A DNA stretch of 64,000 nt from NCBI GenBank assembly GCA_964291235.2, contig OZ219816.1, positions 1,760,001-1,824,000 of the forward strand, written 5' to 3'. Positions 19,676-28,498 of this stretch are shown here, piece by piece. Positions within the stretch are counted from its first letter, which is position 1. The number at the start of each line of letters is the position of its first letter. This DNA comes from Vicinamibacteria bacterium (GTDB lineage: Bacteria; Acidobacteriota; Vicinamibacteria; Marinacidobacterales; Marinacidobacteraceae). Below the pieces are notes generated by a model, which saw only the letters and a program-made list of their open reading frames with translations, did no database searches and had not been told where the DNA came from. A program made the position numbers and the translations under genes.

Positions 19676-20608
19676 CTATCCCCCGAGATACATGTTGTCG
19701 TTGTGCCAACGGAGGAAATCCTCCCCTGGTCGATACTTGGGATCGTCAGGAACTGCGATGCCTCGGCCGTGGTGCGGGTAGTAACTGCGACCGTTCTCGT
19801 AGTCGTCACGCAGTCGGTCACTTACCTCAAGTCTTAGCTCAGGCGTAACGGTCAGATACCCCTTGTCGAATAGGCGGTGGAGGTCCGCGCGCAACAGCAG
19901 TCCGTTCGAGATCTCGTGCGGGCCGGCATCAGCATACGGCCTGATGTGCGCCGCTTCGAGGGCAGGCAGGGAGTGCTCTTCGGTGACAGCACAGGCACCG
20001 CCGTACGCGTCCGCGACCGCGATACGGAAGGTCCCCTGACCCAGCCGCGGCGTCACAAGCTGCCCCTTGCCATAGCGCACGAGAGCCTCGCCGGAAGCTT
20101 CCGCCGGCCAATATCCCATGTCACCGAGTTCCGTGACATGTCCCATGCACGCCATCCAGATGCGCCGTCCCTCGTCCCGCGAAAGGTCGTACCGCTTGCT
20201 CGTCAGGTTGTTGGCAGACCAGTCCGCAGGCTGCGGGATCCAGAACTCGCGCGGAAAGAAGACTGCATTGCTCAGCACGATGCAGCCGATCCCGCCGGTG
20301 TCGCTGGAACTCCTTCGGGCTCGGATTTTCTGCAACCGGGCCTTCATGGCTCCGTAGGAAGGCGCTCCGTTCCCTTCCCCGAAGCACTCCCACGCCAGCC
20401 ACTCCGGAAGTGGCACGTATCGGTTGACTTGGCCGAAACCGCACACCGCGTTGTGCGGGTGCTTGAGCTTGAAGAAAAAGGGAGTGCCCGCTGCGCCCCG
20501 AAACCCGGCCCGCGCGGAAGGACGCCAGAAGTTGACCTCGCTCCAGAAGCCCCGCCGCGACAGATGCTCATACCAGCCGTCGTCGGTAACCGCGACATAT
20601 CCCTGCAT
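19676..20608 (-). CDS. HNH endonuclease, putative restriction endonuclease
   Basis: RLGQGTFR..V..AY...CAVT...LEAAHIRPY...NGLLLRADLHRLFDKGY; N-terminal AVTDDGWY..VNFWRP domain. Confidence 0.88.
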   Translation of the reverse strand: MQGYVAVTDDGWYEHLSRRGFWSEVNFWRPSARAGFRGAAGTPFFFKLKHPHNAVCGFGQVNRYVPLPEWLAWECFGEGNGAPSYGAMKARLQKIRARRSSSDTGGIGCIVLSNAVFFPREFWIPQPADWSANNLTSKRYDLSRDEGRRIWMACMGHVTELGDMGYWPAEASGEALVRYGKGQLVTPRLGQGTFRIAVADAYGGACAVTEEHSLPALEAAHIRPYADAGPHEISNGLLLRADLHRLFDKGYLTVTPELRLEVSDRLRDDYENGRSYYPHHGRGIAVPDDPKYRPGEDFLRWHNDNMYLGG

Positions 20609-21031
20609 GGTCAAGATTCGCTGTTCGGCACCTCGGAGGTGCGCAAATCAGCGTAACCAAGCGTACGTTACGCGGTTCCGATCGCTTGTTTTCGCGCTCT
20701 GGAGGTCCCTGGGTGGCTCCCGGCATCAGGACACGCCAAACAACCCGACCAACGCAAGCGGCTTGGAGCCCCCACTGGGAGAAACGCCCGAGTGCCCGTC
20801 TTCTGCACACCCCGCCGGGCGCGACGATCCGATATCGGACTCCGCGTCCCTCGAAAGAAACGGGCGCTATGCCGTTCGCGGCCTCTGGCCGCGGTGTCCA
20901 CCCGGAGGCAAGTTCTCCCGGTGGGGGCCAGCGTCCCAAGGCGTTTCGGCGTTCTCGCTCGGTCAGAGATGCACTACCTAGGCCTGACCGCATCTTCACG
21001 GCACTGGGCCGGCTTCCGGCCAGCCCGAATC

Positions 21032-21505
21032 TCAGCGGGAGAACAGGAGGGTGAACACCAAGCCCAGAACGGTCACCAGGGCACCGAGCGCACCCCACAT
21101 CAGCCGCATTTCCGTCTTCAGCCCGTCCATCCGGACGGCGAGGACATCGAGTTTCGCGCCGTGGTGGGTCAGTGTCTCGCCCTGCTCGGCAATCAGGTTC
21201 TTGAGTTCCCTCAGCTCGCCGCGAACCTGCGCTGCCAGTTGGTTGAAATCCGTCAACTGCCCCTCGATCCGAGCCGTCACATTCTCACCGGCCATCGATC
21301 GTGCCTCTTCCAATGCAGTATAGGCGACCTCCGCGTCACAGCCTGCCTTGAGCAACGCCCGGAACAAGGCCCCCTTCTTCGATAGCCCGACGGATTTGTC
21401 AGGAGGGTCTACGGGGTTCGGGTCAGCTGGTATGGCAAGCCTCTCCTGCTCGTCGTGCGCCTCGCGGGTTGCAGCCTTCGGCGTGTTCTCTGAGATCTCC
21501 GGCAT
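21032..21505 (-). CDS. Hypothetical coiled-coil protein with C-terminal membrane anchor (DUF1640/CCDC90-like)
   Basis: LFRALLKAG..AE.A, heptad region, then LKTEMRLMWGALGALVTVLGLVF. Confidence 0.6.
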   Translation of the reverse strand: MPEISENTPKAATREAHDEQERLAIPADPNPVDPPDKSVGLSKKGALFRALLKAGCDAEVAYTALEEARSMAGENVTARIEGQLTDFNQLAAQVRGELRELKNLIAEQGETLTHHGAKLDVLAVRMDGLKTEMRLMWGALGALVTVLGLVFTLLFSR

Positions 21506-21692
21506 CGTTCTTCCTCCGTGGACGACGGCATACGCGGAAGTGCGGTGCCACCTAGAAAACAAAGACGGGGTCCGGGAGCATTTCTTCCTGATTCCGCGGC
21601 CGTTGTGGAAAAGTCGGTGCGAAGTCTGCCCGCAAATCCGCGTGGGATCACGAGCCTAACCCACCGATCTATCGTGGCTTTATCATTCCGGT

Positions 21693-22079
21693 GTGAAGGA
21701 CTCGGCTCCATCGGCCGGGGTCGTGCTGCGGGTCTGGGTGAGCCCTCGCTCCTCTCCCGAACGGATCGGACGGCTGGCAGACGGGCGGGTTCGCGCCTAC
21801 GTGTCGCCGCCTCCGGAGCGGGGAAGGGCAAACGCCCGATTCATCGCGCTGCTTGCGAACGTTTTGCGGGTGCCGCGGGATTCCATCGAGATCTTGTCCG
21901 GAACCTCGCACCCCAAGAAGCTGATTCGGGTGGCGGGCTGTAGCGAGGCCGATGTCGCTGAGCGACTTCCGCAATTGCGGCCCGGGCACTACGCCCCTGG
22001 CGAGAGTGTGCGGAGGCGGATCCGGAGCCGGACGGCGAAGAAGCGAGCGCGGGGCGCGGGGACCGGCACGGGCACGTAA
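21693..22079 (+). CDS. DUF167 (YggU-like) protein
   Basis: LRVWVSPRS, PPERGRAN..I.LLA, IEILSGTSHPKK. Confidence 0.85.
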   Translation: MKDSAPSAGVVLRVWVSPRSSPERIGRLADGRVRAYVSPPPERGRANARFIALLANVLRVPRDSIEILSGTSHPKKLIRVAGCSEADVAERLPQLRPGHYAPGESVRRRIRSRTAKKRARGAGTGTGT

Positions 22080-22419
22080 CGAGGTTCGGCCGCGTGCGTA
22101 CGCGACCCGCGGGGGTGCCGGTGCATCCGATCACTGTTTGTTCGTATGTTCGTGAGGGCTGGAGGCAGAGAGCGGAACCATCGTGGCGCTGGGGGGTCCA
22201 TCCCGCCGCCCGCCTCCGGCGGGCTGTGCCGATCTGGAGATCGGCGTTCCCGTGCCTTTGCACCACGGGGGCTGGTGGGGTTCCCGCCGAGAGGGGCACC
22301 ATCCTGGGGTTGGGGGGTCCGTCCCGCCGCCCGCCTCCGGCGGGCTGTGCCGATCTGGAGTGGAGTTGCCCCGGGAAAACGGACCACTCATAGTGCCAGT
22401 GGCACAAAGGAGGTCTGAG

Positions 22420-22722
22420 ATGGGCAGTCCTGGCCGCCGATATACGGCGGAGTATCGAAAGCGGGTGGTTGCGCTGGTTCGCTCGGGACGTAGCGCCGAG
22501 GAAGTCGCGGAGGAGTATGAGGCGAGTCCGCGAGCGATCCGGCGTTGGGTGATGGACGCGGATGCGGCGGAGGGCCGCGGGGGCGACGGCTGGACGAAAG
22601 AGGAGCGGGAGGAGTTGAAGCGGCTGGAACGTGAGAACCGGCGGCTGCAGCGGGAGAACGCCTTCCTAAAAAAAGCGGCGGCCTGGTTCGCGCGGGAGAC
22701 ATCGTCGGGAGGTACCGACTGA
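22420..22722 (+). CDS. IS3 transposase OrfA (HTH + leucine zipper)
   Basis: AGGAGG RBS; RRYTAEYRKRVV..., ELKRLERENRRLQRENAFLKKAAAWFA; A7G slippery site at 22668-22675. Confidence 0.92.
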   Translation: MGSPGRRYTAEYRKRVVALVRSGRSAEEVAEEYEASPRAIRRWVMDADAAEGRGGDGWTKEEREELKRLERENRRLQRENAFLKKAAAWFARETSSGGTD

Positions 22723-23570
22723 TGGATGCGAGCCAGGCCGTGATGAGCGTGCGGGAGATGGGGCGCCTGCTGGGAGTGTCCCGCAGTGGGTACTACGCCT
22801 GGCGTGGCCGCGGGGCCAGTGCACGGGTTCAGGCGGACGAGCGCCTGAAGGTGGAGATCGCGGCGGCCCATGCGGCGAGTCGCGGCACCTACGGGGCGCC
22901 GCGGATCCGGGCGGAGTTGGCAGCGCGGGGGAACCAGACGAGCCGGAAGCGGGTTGCGCGGCTGATGCGGGCGTTGGGGATCTGTGGGGTAAGCCGCCGG
23001 CGCCGCGTCCGCACCACGATCCGGGACGGCGAGGCGCGGCCGGCGCCGGATCTGGTGGACCGGAACTTCGAGGCCACGGCTCTGGACCAGCTCTGGGTGG
23101 CCGACATCACCTACATCCCGACGCTGACGCGAATGTTGCACCTGGCGGTGGTTGTGGACGCCTGCAGCCGGCGGGTGGTGGGCTGGGCAATGGCGCTGCA
23201 TGCGCGGGCCACCCTGGTCCTGAAAGCCTTGGACATGGCGCTCGAGCAGCGGCGGCCCCAGGGAGTGATCCACCACTCGGACCAGGGGTGCCAATACACC
23301 TCGGTGGCGTTCGGGCGCCGCTGCCGGGCCACCGGGGTCCGGCCTTCCATGGGTTCGGTGGGGGACTGCTACGACAACGCGATGGCGGAGTCCTTCTTCG
23401 CCACCCTCGAGTGCGAGGTGCTCGACCGGACCCAGTTCCCCAACCCCAAAGCTGCCGGCGAAGCGGTCTTCGAGTTCATCGAGGCTTGGTACAACCCTTA
23501 CCGGCGGCACTCCGCCCTCGGCTACCTGTCGCCCGTAGACTTCGAACAACAACTCCGGGGGCCGCTATGA
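22722..23570 (+). CDS. IS3 transposase OrfB (DDE), fused to OrfA by -1 frameshift
   Basis: WVADITY, VVDACSR, HHSDQGCQYTS, CYDNAMAESFF; the -1 frame is open from the A7G site (KSGGLVRAGDIVGRYRLMD). Confidence 0.93.
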   Translation: MDASQAVMSVREMGRLLGVSRSGYYAWRGRGASARVQADERLKVEIAAAHAASRGTYGAPRIRAELAARGNQTSRKRVARLMRALGICGVSRRRRVRTTIRDGEARPAPDLVDRNFEATALDQLWVADITYIPTLTRMLHLAVVVDACSRRVVGWAMALHARATLVLKALDMALEQRRPQGVIHHSDQGCQYTSVAFGRRCRATGVRPSMGSVGDCYDNAMAESFFATLECEVLDRTQFPNPKAAGEAVFEFIEAWYNPYRRHSALGYLSPVDFEQQLRGPL

Positions 23571-23804
23571 ACCGGCGCTCCCACTGGTCCGAGAAACTGG
23601 GGCAAGCTCAGAGATCGGCGTTCCCGTGCCTTTGCACCGCGGGGGCTGGTGGGGTTCCCGCCGAGAGGGGCACCATCCTGGGGTTGGGGGGTCCGTCCCG
23701 CCGCCCGCCTGCGGCGGGCTGTGCCGGCCCCCACCCGGAGAACTGGCCTGGAGATCGGCGTTCCCGTGCCGGGGTGACGTGGGGGCTGGGGGGAGGCCGT
23801 CTCT

Positions 23805-25133
23805 TTAGGGGAGGTGTTCGCGGGTGAGGTTGCGGGGGCCGGAGTCGGTGACCACGACGTTGTCCTCGATGCGGACGCCGCCGTAGGGCGCGAGGATGTC
23901 CACCGCTTCCCAGTTGATGGCGCTCCGCCTCCGTTCACCGCCGTTCCGCCACCGGTCGAGCAGCATTTCGATGAAATAGACCCCGGGCTCCACCGTCAGG
24001 ACGTGGCCCGGTTCCAGAGTGCGGGTGCTGCGGAGCATGGGGTGCGCTTTCGGCGGCGGCGCCCGGCGGCCGTCCGGGTCGGCCAGATGGCCCCCCACGT
24101 CGTGCACCTGGATTCCCAGGAAGTGCCCGAGCCCATGGGGAAAGAAAACGCGGCTGAGGCCGCTAGCGACTGCGTCCTCGGGCGACAGATGGATGACGTT
24201 CTCGTCCTTCAGCACCCCCGACAGGGCGAGGTGCGCCTCGTGGTGCAGTTCCGACCACGGATGACCGGCCCGCACCTCTTCGCATAGCGCCTGCTGGGCG
24301 CCCTCCATCGCGGTGATCAGCGAGCGGAAGCGCCCGTCCGCCGCAGCGCCGGCATAGGTTCTCGTGATGTCCGAGGCGTACCCGCGAACCCGGGCGCCCG
24401 CGTCGATGAGCAGGCTCTTTCCGTTCCGGACATCGGGGCGCTTGCCCTCGTAGTGGAGAACGGCGCCCTTTTCGTTCAGGCCGACGATGGTGGGGTACGG
24501 AAGATCGGCCTCGAGACCGCCAACCGCGGCGAGGAAGGCCCGGTGGACCTCGACTTCGCTGCCCCCCGCCCGGAAGGCGGCTTCCGCCGCCAGATGGCCT
24601 TCGGCGCCCACCCGGTTTGCTTCCAGGATGCACTCCACCTCGTAGCCGGTCTTGATGGCCCGGCGCCAATCGAGCCGGGTGAGGAGCGCCGGCGGGTTGT
24701 GGGCCAACCCGAGCGTTTCCGGGACCCCGGCGCTCTCGGCGACCGCGGCCGCGCGCCCCTTCGGAAGCCGTTTGGCGATTTCGGCGATCTGGCGCTTGCG
24801 GCTCCCGCATTCGGCGATCTTGAAACCTCCCGCCCAGAAAGCGTCGCCGATCCGCTGGGGCTCGTACCAGAAGTCAGCGGGCGAATACGTGGCCAGAAAC
24901 GGCTTCTTCCCCGGGCGGAGCAGGAGCAGGTGGTCCGGTCCCTCCAGCGGGCAGAAGTGGAGAAAGTGAGCGTTCGCCCGGTAGGGGGCGGGCTGGTCGT
25001 CGCGGAAGTAGAAGTACTGCCCGCCGGAAACCAGGACCAGAGCCGAGTAGCCGGTCTTTTGGAGATCCTCGGCGATGCCCTCCAGCCGCTGTTCAAGATG
25101 GTCGCTAAAGGAACCAGCGAGCTCGTCAGTCAT
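23805..25133 (-). CDS. pepQ: Xaa-Pro dipeptidase (prolidase)
   Basis: M24 motifs LIDAGA..GYASDITRT, PHGLGHFLGIQVHDVG, TVEPGVYF, GGVRIEDN; N-terminus like E. coli PepQ. Confidence 0.9.
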   Translation of the reverse strand: MTDELAGSFSDHLEQRLEGIAEDLQKTGYSALVLVSGGQYFYFRDDQPAPYRANAHFLHFCPLEGPDHLLLLRPGKKPFLATYSPADFWYEPQRIGDAFWAGGFKIAECGSRKRQIAEIAKRLPKGRAAAVAESAGVPETLGLAHNPPALLTRLDWRRAIKTGYEVECILEANRVGAEGHLAAEAAFRAGGSEVEVHRAFLAAVGGLEADLPYPTIVGLNEKGAVLHYEGKRPDVRNGKSLLIDAGARVRGYASDITRTYAGAAADGRFRSLITAMEGAQQALCEEVRAGHPWSELHHEAHLALSGVLKDENVIHLSPEDAVASGLSRVFFPHGLGHFLGIQVHDVGGHLADPDGRRAPPPKAHPMLRSTRTLEPGHVLTVEPGVYFIEMLLDRWRNGGERRRSAINWEAVDILAPYGGVRIEDNVVVTDSGPRNLTREHLP

Positions 25134-25185
25134 GGTGCGCGGAGGATACGCGCCCGGGGGCCGCCAAATCATCAATGGTCATGCC

Positions 25186-26061
25186 ATGATTCGCCTCATG
25201 GCGCATCAAGGCCGCGCGGCCGGCCCGCTGCTTTGGCCTCTCCTCCTGTTGCTCGCCGCCTGCGGGGGATCCGGGGGGAGCCCGGCGTCAGCCGCCGAAC
25301 CGGTTCCGGCGCCCGAACCGGCGCCTCCACGCGAACCCCCTCCCCCGCCGGAACCCACTCCCCCCGAAGTGTTCGGGTACCGGGTGGTCGAGGAGTTCCC
25401 GCACGACCCGCGGGCGTTCACCCAGGGCCTTTTCTTCCACGACGGATTCCTCTACGAGAGCACGGGTCTCCGGGGCGAATCCACGCTCCGGCGCGTGGAT
25501 CTCGAATCCGGCGAGGTGCTGGAAGAGCGGGAACTGCTGCCCCAGTTCTTCGCCGAGGGGGCGGCGCTCGCGGGCGACTTCATCTTCCAACTGACGTGGG
25601 AGTCCGGCATCGGATTCGTGTACACGCGGGAGTTCCGCCTGGTTCGCGAGTTCCGCTACTCAGGGGAGGGTTGGGGACTCACCTTCGACGGCGAGCATCT
25701 GGTGATGAGCGACGGGAGCGACGAGCTGCGCTTTCTGGACCCGAGCACCCTGCGCCAGGTGCGGACCCTCAAGGTGACTGCCGAGGGCGAGCCACTCCCG
25801 CAACTGAACGAGCTTGAATGGATCGAGGGGGAGATCTGGGCCAACATCTGGACCGAGGACCGGATCGCCCGAATCCGTCCGGACACCGGCGAGGTGACCG
25901 CCTTCGTGGACCTGACGGACATCCTTCCGGCCTTCTGGCGGCTGCGATATCCGGAAATGGACGTGCTGAACGGCATCGCCTGGGACCCCGAGACCGACCG
26001 GATCTTCGTCACCGGCAAGAAGTGGCCGAAGCTCTTCGAGATCGAGCTGGTGGAGCGGTGA
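25186..26061 (+). CDS. Glutaminyl-peptide cyclotransferase (plant/bacterial type), lipoprotein
   Basis: PHDPRAFTQGL, FAEG, QLTW, EGWGL, LNELE, VLNGIAW, VTGKKWP; lipobox LAAC. Confidence 0.92.
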   Translation: MIRLMAHQGRAAGPLLWPLLLLLAACGGSGGSPASAAEPVPAPEPAPPREPPPPPEPTPPEVFGYRVVEEFPHDPRAFTQGLFFHDGFLYESTGLRGESTLRRVDLESGEVLEERELLPQFFAEGAALAGDFIFQLTWESGIGFVYTREFRLVREFRYSGEGWGLTFDGEHLVMSDGSDELRFLDPSTLRQVRTLKVTAEGEPLPQLNELEWIEGEIWANIWTEDRIARIRPDTGEVTAFVDLTDILPAFWRLRYPEMDVLNGIAWDPETDRIFVTGKKWPKLFEIELVER

Positions 26062-26069
26062 TCCCCCGA

Positions 26070-26303
26070 ATGGGTCTTCGAAAGCGGCACCGGATCGGCT
26101 TCTGGATCGGCTTCGCAGTCCTTTTGCTGAGCATCTGGCCGCTCTACCCCTGGATCGCGGGTATCCGGCCCCTCGTCTTCGGGATGCCGTTTTCCATGTT
26201 CTGGCTGGTGCTGATGATCGCGACGGTTTTCTTCACCTTCCTCGCGATCTTCACCAAGGACCGCGAGGACGACGAATCGCTGGACCGGGAGTACCAGGAA
26301 TAG
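26070..26303 (+). CDS. Small membrane protein (DUF3311-like) accompanying the symporter
   Basis: Two TM segments with P.VFGMPF.MFW; immediately upstream of the SSS gene. Confidence 0.75.
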   Translation: MGLRKRHRIGFWIGFAVLLLSIWPLYPWIAGIRPLVFGMPFSMFWLVLMIATVFFTFLAIFTKDREDDESLDREYQE

Positions 26304-26312
26304 GCCGCAACC

Positions 26313-27791
26313 ATGGACGCCTGGGTCATCGTCTTCCTGACGACCATCGCCTACCTGCTCATCACCCTGGCGATCGGCGTGTTCTCCGGCCGGAACATGT
26401 CCAACACCCCCGAGGGGTATGTGGCCGGCGACCGCAGCCTCGGGTTCCTCGTCCTCTACTTCATCATGGGGGCGTCCATCTACAGCGCCTTTGCGTTCCT
26501 GGGGGCGCCGGGCTGGGCCTACTCCCGCGGAGCGGCCGCGTTCTACATCGTTTCCTACGGGACGGTGGGGCTGCTGCCCTGGTACTTCCTCGGGCCGCGC
26601 ATCGCGATGCTCGGCCGCCGGTTCGGGTTCGTCACCCAGGCGGAGTTCTTCGCGCACCGGTTCGAGAGTCCCAAGGCGATCCCGGCCATCATGGCGATCA
26701 TGAGCGCCGCGGCGCTCATCCCCTATCTGGTCATCCAGATGAAGGGAGCGGGTTACGTCTTCTCGGTGGTCACCGAGGGACGGATGCCGGAGTGGGCGGG
26801 CGCCGCGCTCGCCTACGGGGTGGTGCTCATCTACGTGGCCCGGAGCGGGGTCATGGGGGTGGGCTGGACCAACACCTTCCAGGGAATCCTGATGCTCGGC
26901 CTGGCGTGGGGACTCGGCATCTACCTCCCGTGGAAGCTTCACGGCGGTATCGGACCCATGTTCGAGGAGTTGGCCGCCACCGCGCCCGAACTGCTGGTCG
27001 CACCGGGACTCGACGCGGCCGGCGAACCATGGAGTTTCGGGGCCTACTCGAGCGCCGTACTCATCTCGGTGCTCGGTTTTTCGGTGTGGCCGCACTACTT
27101 CATGAAGATCTACGCGGCCAAGAGCGTCCGCACCCTGAAGCGGATGGTGGTCTTCTACCCGACCTTCCAGATCTTCCTGATTCCGGTGCTCTTCATCGGC
27201 TTCGCCGGCGTGATGACCTATCCCGGCGTGGCGCCGGCCGACACCATCCTGCCCACGATCCTCATGGACCTGGATCTCTCCGCCCTTACGGTGGGCCTCT
27301 TCTGCGCCGGGGCGCTCGCGGCCTCCATGAGTTCGGGAGACGCGATCCTGCACGCCGGGGCTTCGGTGCTGGTCAAGGATCTGGAAATGCCGCTCCGCGG
27401 CGTCCGCCGGGCGCCCGCCGCCGAGACCCGGCTCATCCGCTGGACCGCCCTCGGTATGGGCTCGTTCGCCTACTACCTCGCGGTGGGATCGGAGGCGTCG
27501 CTCGTCAGCCTCCTCCTCATGTCCTACGGGGCGATCGCCCAGTTCTTCCCGCTGATGATCGCCGCCATGTTCTGGCGGCGGGCCAGCCGCGAGGGCGCCA
27601 TCTACGGCCTGCTCGCGGGATGTGCGGTGACCCTGGCGCTGAACGTGTGGCCCGAGTTCCAGTTCCTGGGGATCCACCCCGGGATCTACGGCGCGGTGGC
27701 GAACGTGGCGGTGATGGTCGTGGTTTCGCTCCGGACCGCGCCGCCGCCCGCGGAGCGCATCGAGCCGTACCTGATGCGAGCCGCGGACTGA
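26313..27791 (+). CDS. Sodium:solute symporter family protein
   Basis: YVAGDRSLG, SAFAFLG.PG.AY, GMGVGWTNTFQG, ALAASMSS; about 13 TM helices. Confidence 0.92.
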   Translation: MDAWVIVFLTTIAYLLITLAIGVFSGRNMSNTPEGYVAGDRSLGFLVLYFIMGASIYSAFAFLGAPGWAYSRGAAAFYIVSYGTVGLLPWYFLGPRIAMLGRRFGFVTQAEFFAHRFESPKAIPAIMAIMSAAALIPYLVIQMKGAGYVFSVVTEGRMPEWAGAALAYGVVLIYVARSGVMGVGWTNTFQGILMLGLAWGLGIYLPWKLHGGIGPMFEELAATAPELLVAPGLDAAGEPWSFGAYSSAVLISVLGFSVWPHYFMKIYAAKSVRTLKRMVVFYPTFQIFLIPVLFIGFAGVMTYPGVAPADTILPTILMDLDLSALTVGLFCAGALAASMSSGDAILHAGASVLVKDLEMPLRGVRRAPAAETRLIRWTALGMGSFAYYLAVGSEASLVSLLLMSYGAIAQFFPLMIAAMFWRRASREGAIYGLLAGCAVTLALNVWPEFQFLGIHPGIYGAVANVAVMVVVSLRTAPPPAERIEPYLMRAAD

Positions 27792-27824
27792 GCCGGCCGG
27801 CGGTCGGATAGCGGACGGCGCCGG

Positions 27825-28439
27825 GTGGTGAAACCCTGGCGCCGGGATCTCCGCCGCCTCCTCGCGATCTTCCACAGTCCGAAGCGGACCTTCGCCGAAA
27901 TCGGCGAAACACCGAGCGTCGCGGTGGCCGTCCTCCCGATGCTCCTCATCTTTTCGGTTGCTTCGGCCGCCGATGTCATCGCTACCGGGAGTTCGGACCC
28001 CGGGAGCGGGGAAACGTGGGCCCTCCTGCTGCTGCCGCTGGTGGCGGTCGGATGGCCGTTTGTGGCGTCCGCGCTCTATCTATTCGTGTTCGATCTCTTC
28101 GGCGCCGAAGTCCGATACCGGGTGATCCTCTCGGTGACCCTGCACGCGATGTGGGCGTTTCTGGCGCTCGGCACGCTCGTGGAACTGGCGGGCTGGCTCG
28201 TCGCGGGCGGGGCCTCGTTCGGAGTCAGGGAGTTTCTGATTTCCTCCGCCGGAGTGGAAGAGCGCCTCGCCCAGGATCTGGCCCGGGTGCTCAACCCGCT
28301 GGAGATCGGGAGGCTGGTGTTGACCGCGCTGGGCTTCGCCATCGCCCAGCGGATCGCGCGCTGGATGTCCTTCGCCGTCGTCTTCGCGGGTTGGTTGGGC
28401 TTCCACGCGCTGCCCCTGCTCCAATTCCTGCTCTTTTGA
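27825..28439 (+). CDS. Yip1-like membrane protein
   Basis: IFHSPKRTFAEI start, five hydrophobic segments, LNPLEI motif. Confidence 0.6.
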   Translation: MVKPWRRDLRRLLAIFHSPKRTFAEIGETPSVAVAVLPMLLIFSVASAADVIATGSSDPGSGETWALLLLPLVAVGWPFVASALYLFVFDLFGAEVRYRVILSVTLHAMWAFLALGTLVELAGWLVAGGASFGVREFLISSAGVEERLAQDLARVLNPLEIGRLVLTALGFAIAQRIARWMSFAVVFAGWLGFHALPLLQFLLF

Positions 28440-28498
28440 GCGCCCCGTGGGACCGCCGGCCCTTTCGGCATCCCCGTATTGAGACAATCGCCAGGCCA

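Larger units (their letters stand above)
22361..23610 (+). mobile_element. IS3-family insertion sequence, 1250 bp, 3-bp target duplication GAG
   Basis: TG...CA ends; IRL TGGAGTTGCCCCGGGAAAACGGACCA, IRR (rc) TGAGCTTGCCCCAGTTTCTCGGACCA; GAG at 22358-22360 and 23611-23613. Confidence 0.93.
22190..23770. repeat. ~121-bp REP-like tandem repeat (about 3 units) interrupted by an IS3
   Basis: gagatcggcgttcccgtgcc recurs at ~22237, at 22358/23611 (split by the IS) and at 23751; the unit includes the palindromes gccgatctggagatcggc and cccgcc-gcccgcctcc-ggcggg. Confidence 0.85.

Noticed and set aside
22190-23770. Tandem repeats as CRISPR
   Set aside because: Whole ~121-bp units repeat with no unique spacers.
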